Assembly (NCBI RefSeq): GCF_001194135.2
Contig: NC_069003.1
Coordinates: forward strand, 19,064,223 to 19,128,222
Origin: Octopus bimaculoides
Taxonomy: Eukaryota
Direction: 5' to 3'
Length of the DNA stretch: 64,000 nucleotides
In this document: positions 62,529 to 64,000 of the stretch, piece by piece
Layout of the letters: every line of letters starts with the position of its first letter
Position numbering within the stretch: position 1 is the stretch's first letter
Position numbers and translations under genes: made by a program
Notes under the pieces: generated by a model
The model's database searches: none
Told to the model about the DNA's origin: nothing
Seen by the model: the letters and a program-made list of their open reading frames with translations, nothing else

Positions 62529-63316
62529 AAAACATTAGATGTGTATATATTTGGACCCTTTTTTATGTGGATTATCTACCTACTGGGCAAGTAATAAATC
62601 TTATAGCTGCCTGTGCAACTCAGGCCTCCAAATATCTGTATTGTCTAAGAAATGAGGTCATGTTTAGAAGTTGTGTTATTGTACTGCAGCAAAGACTAAG
62701 AACCTGACTCTACTGAATTAAATGAAGTATATGTCAAACAAGATGTTAGAGCAGAAAATGAAGAAACATAAGTCAATAGAAGCCTGTGTTTAATCAAGTT
62801 GTAAAGACCAACATAATCAGTGTTTCCTAAACTAATCTCCTACCATTTTCTGACACTGAGGAATACTATAATGTTTAAAGACCACATATGTGTATCCCAA
62901 GCTAATCTCCTACCATTTTCTGGTACACATATGGGTGCCATAAAATCTTAACCCCAATACAGACTCACCTGAACCCTGACTAGGGACAGATGACAATATT
63001 TCAGTGCCTTGTTTCATTCAACTACACTTGTAGTAAATTCCTCCACCTTCATCACAGCATTTAGGACATGTGATAGAGTAAAAGAGTTAGTAACAGTGGT
63101 GGTCTATATGAAGGGGTCAACCCCTAGTTCAGGAGTAAGTATAAATTGTGATAAAAACTGAGAGTGAATATAGTGAAATCCCATAATTCATTATATTTAT
63201 CATCATCATCATCATTTAACATCCGCTTTCTATGCTAGCATTTGTATAACATGGAAATGATGCATAGAGTATACATATAGCTTTTTTTAATGGTTTGTAA
63301 ATCTATTTCACCACAG

Positions 63317-63391
63317 ATGTGCTGTCAAAGCATTACTCATTCCTCATTGTTACCTGAGCATCTATTTGGCAAGCATCCACTGCTCTTCAAT
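63317..63391 (+). CDS. possible exon 3 of the plus-strand gene: (R)CAVKALLIPHCYLSIYLASIHCSS
   Basis: atttcaccacag acceptor, open in phase 2-2, weak donor AAT|gtatgg. Confidence 0.25.
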
Positions 63392-63768
63392 GTATGGATG
63401 TTCTCATCATCGAATAAACAAATTTTAAGGAATAATTCACACCTTCACGACCAAAAGAAATGTCGCACTGTAAGAGATTATTTGTATCAAACACAATATT
63501 GAGATTATATGGATTTTATCATATTTCTGGGTAATTTGACATCAGGAAGATGTCACTGGCCCACAAAACGTCAAATCGTCCAACCCATGCCAGCACAGAA
63601 AGAGGAATGTTAAATGATGACGATTGAAATCCTTGATTGTATGTGTGAAACAGTTTGGCCAATTACAGCATAAGTGATAGCCAATAAGCAAGACTCCTGC
63701 ATTAATTTAGGCTACATCACATATATAAACTAAACCACAAAAGAAATGTTGCACACATACTAAATCGT

Positions 63769-64000
63769 CGTCGTCGTTTAACGTCCGCTTTCCATGCTAG
63801 CATGGGTTGGACGATTTGACTGAAGACTGGTGAAACCAGATGGCTACACCAGGCTCCAATCTGATTTGGCAGAGTTTCTACAGCTGGATGCCCTTCCTAA
63901 CGCCAACCACTCAGAGAGTGTAGTGGGTGCTTTTACGTGTCACCCGCACGAAGGCCAGTCAGGCGGTACTGGCAACGGCCACGCTCATCTCGCTCGAGAA
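63769..64000 (-). mobile_element. young RTE-tail repeat, near-identical to 51770-51945, runs off the window
   Basis: Reverse complement matches with only a handful of substitutions. Confidence 0.85.

Overview
AT-rich animal genomic DNA, most likely octopus or another coleoid cephalopod (inferred from recalled tRNA-derived SINE families, RTE 3' tails ending in (GAT)n, and dense TA/CA microsatellites). There are three N gaps (11323-11940, 12367-12376, 43720-43822). Positions 1167-43191 (+) hold the last 18 coding exons of an LRP1-like LDL-receptor-family gene, assembled by hand with consistent GT-AG phases into about 850 aa: 2 EGF, final YWTD propeller, about 10 EGF-like modules, TM, NPLY, ExxxLL, stop. 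Its longest intron in the window (29515-43053) contains a textbook recursive-splice-like site, several candidate microexons and three fold-back structures. Near 57.6-58.0 kb two unidentified candidate genes appear to start head-to-head, with ATGs only about 100 bp apart around a CpG-rich patch. The rest is mobile DNA: a complete Tc1 element with DD36E spacing, a deleted mariner, TTAA/piggyBac-type and hAT MITEs, a Helitron, RTE and CRE LINE remnants, and head-to-tail SINE chains. All calls come from manual reading and translation; no database searches were run.
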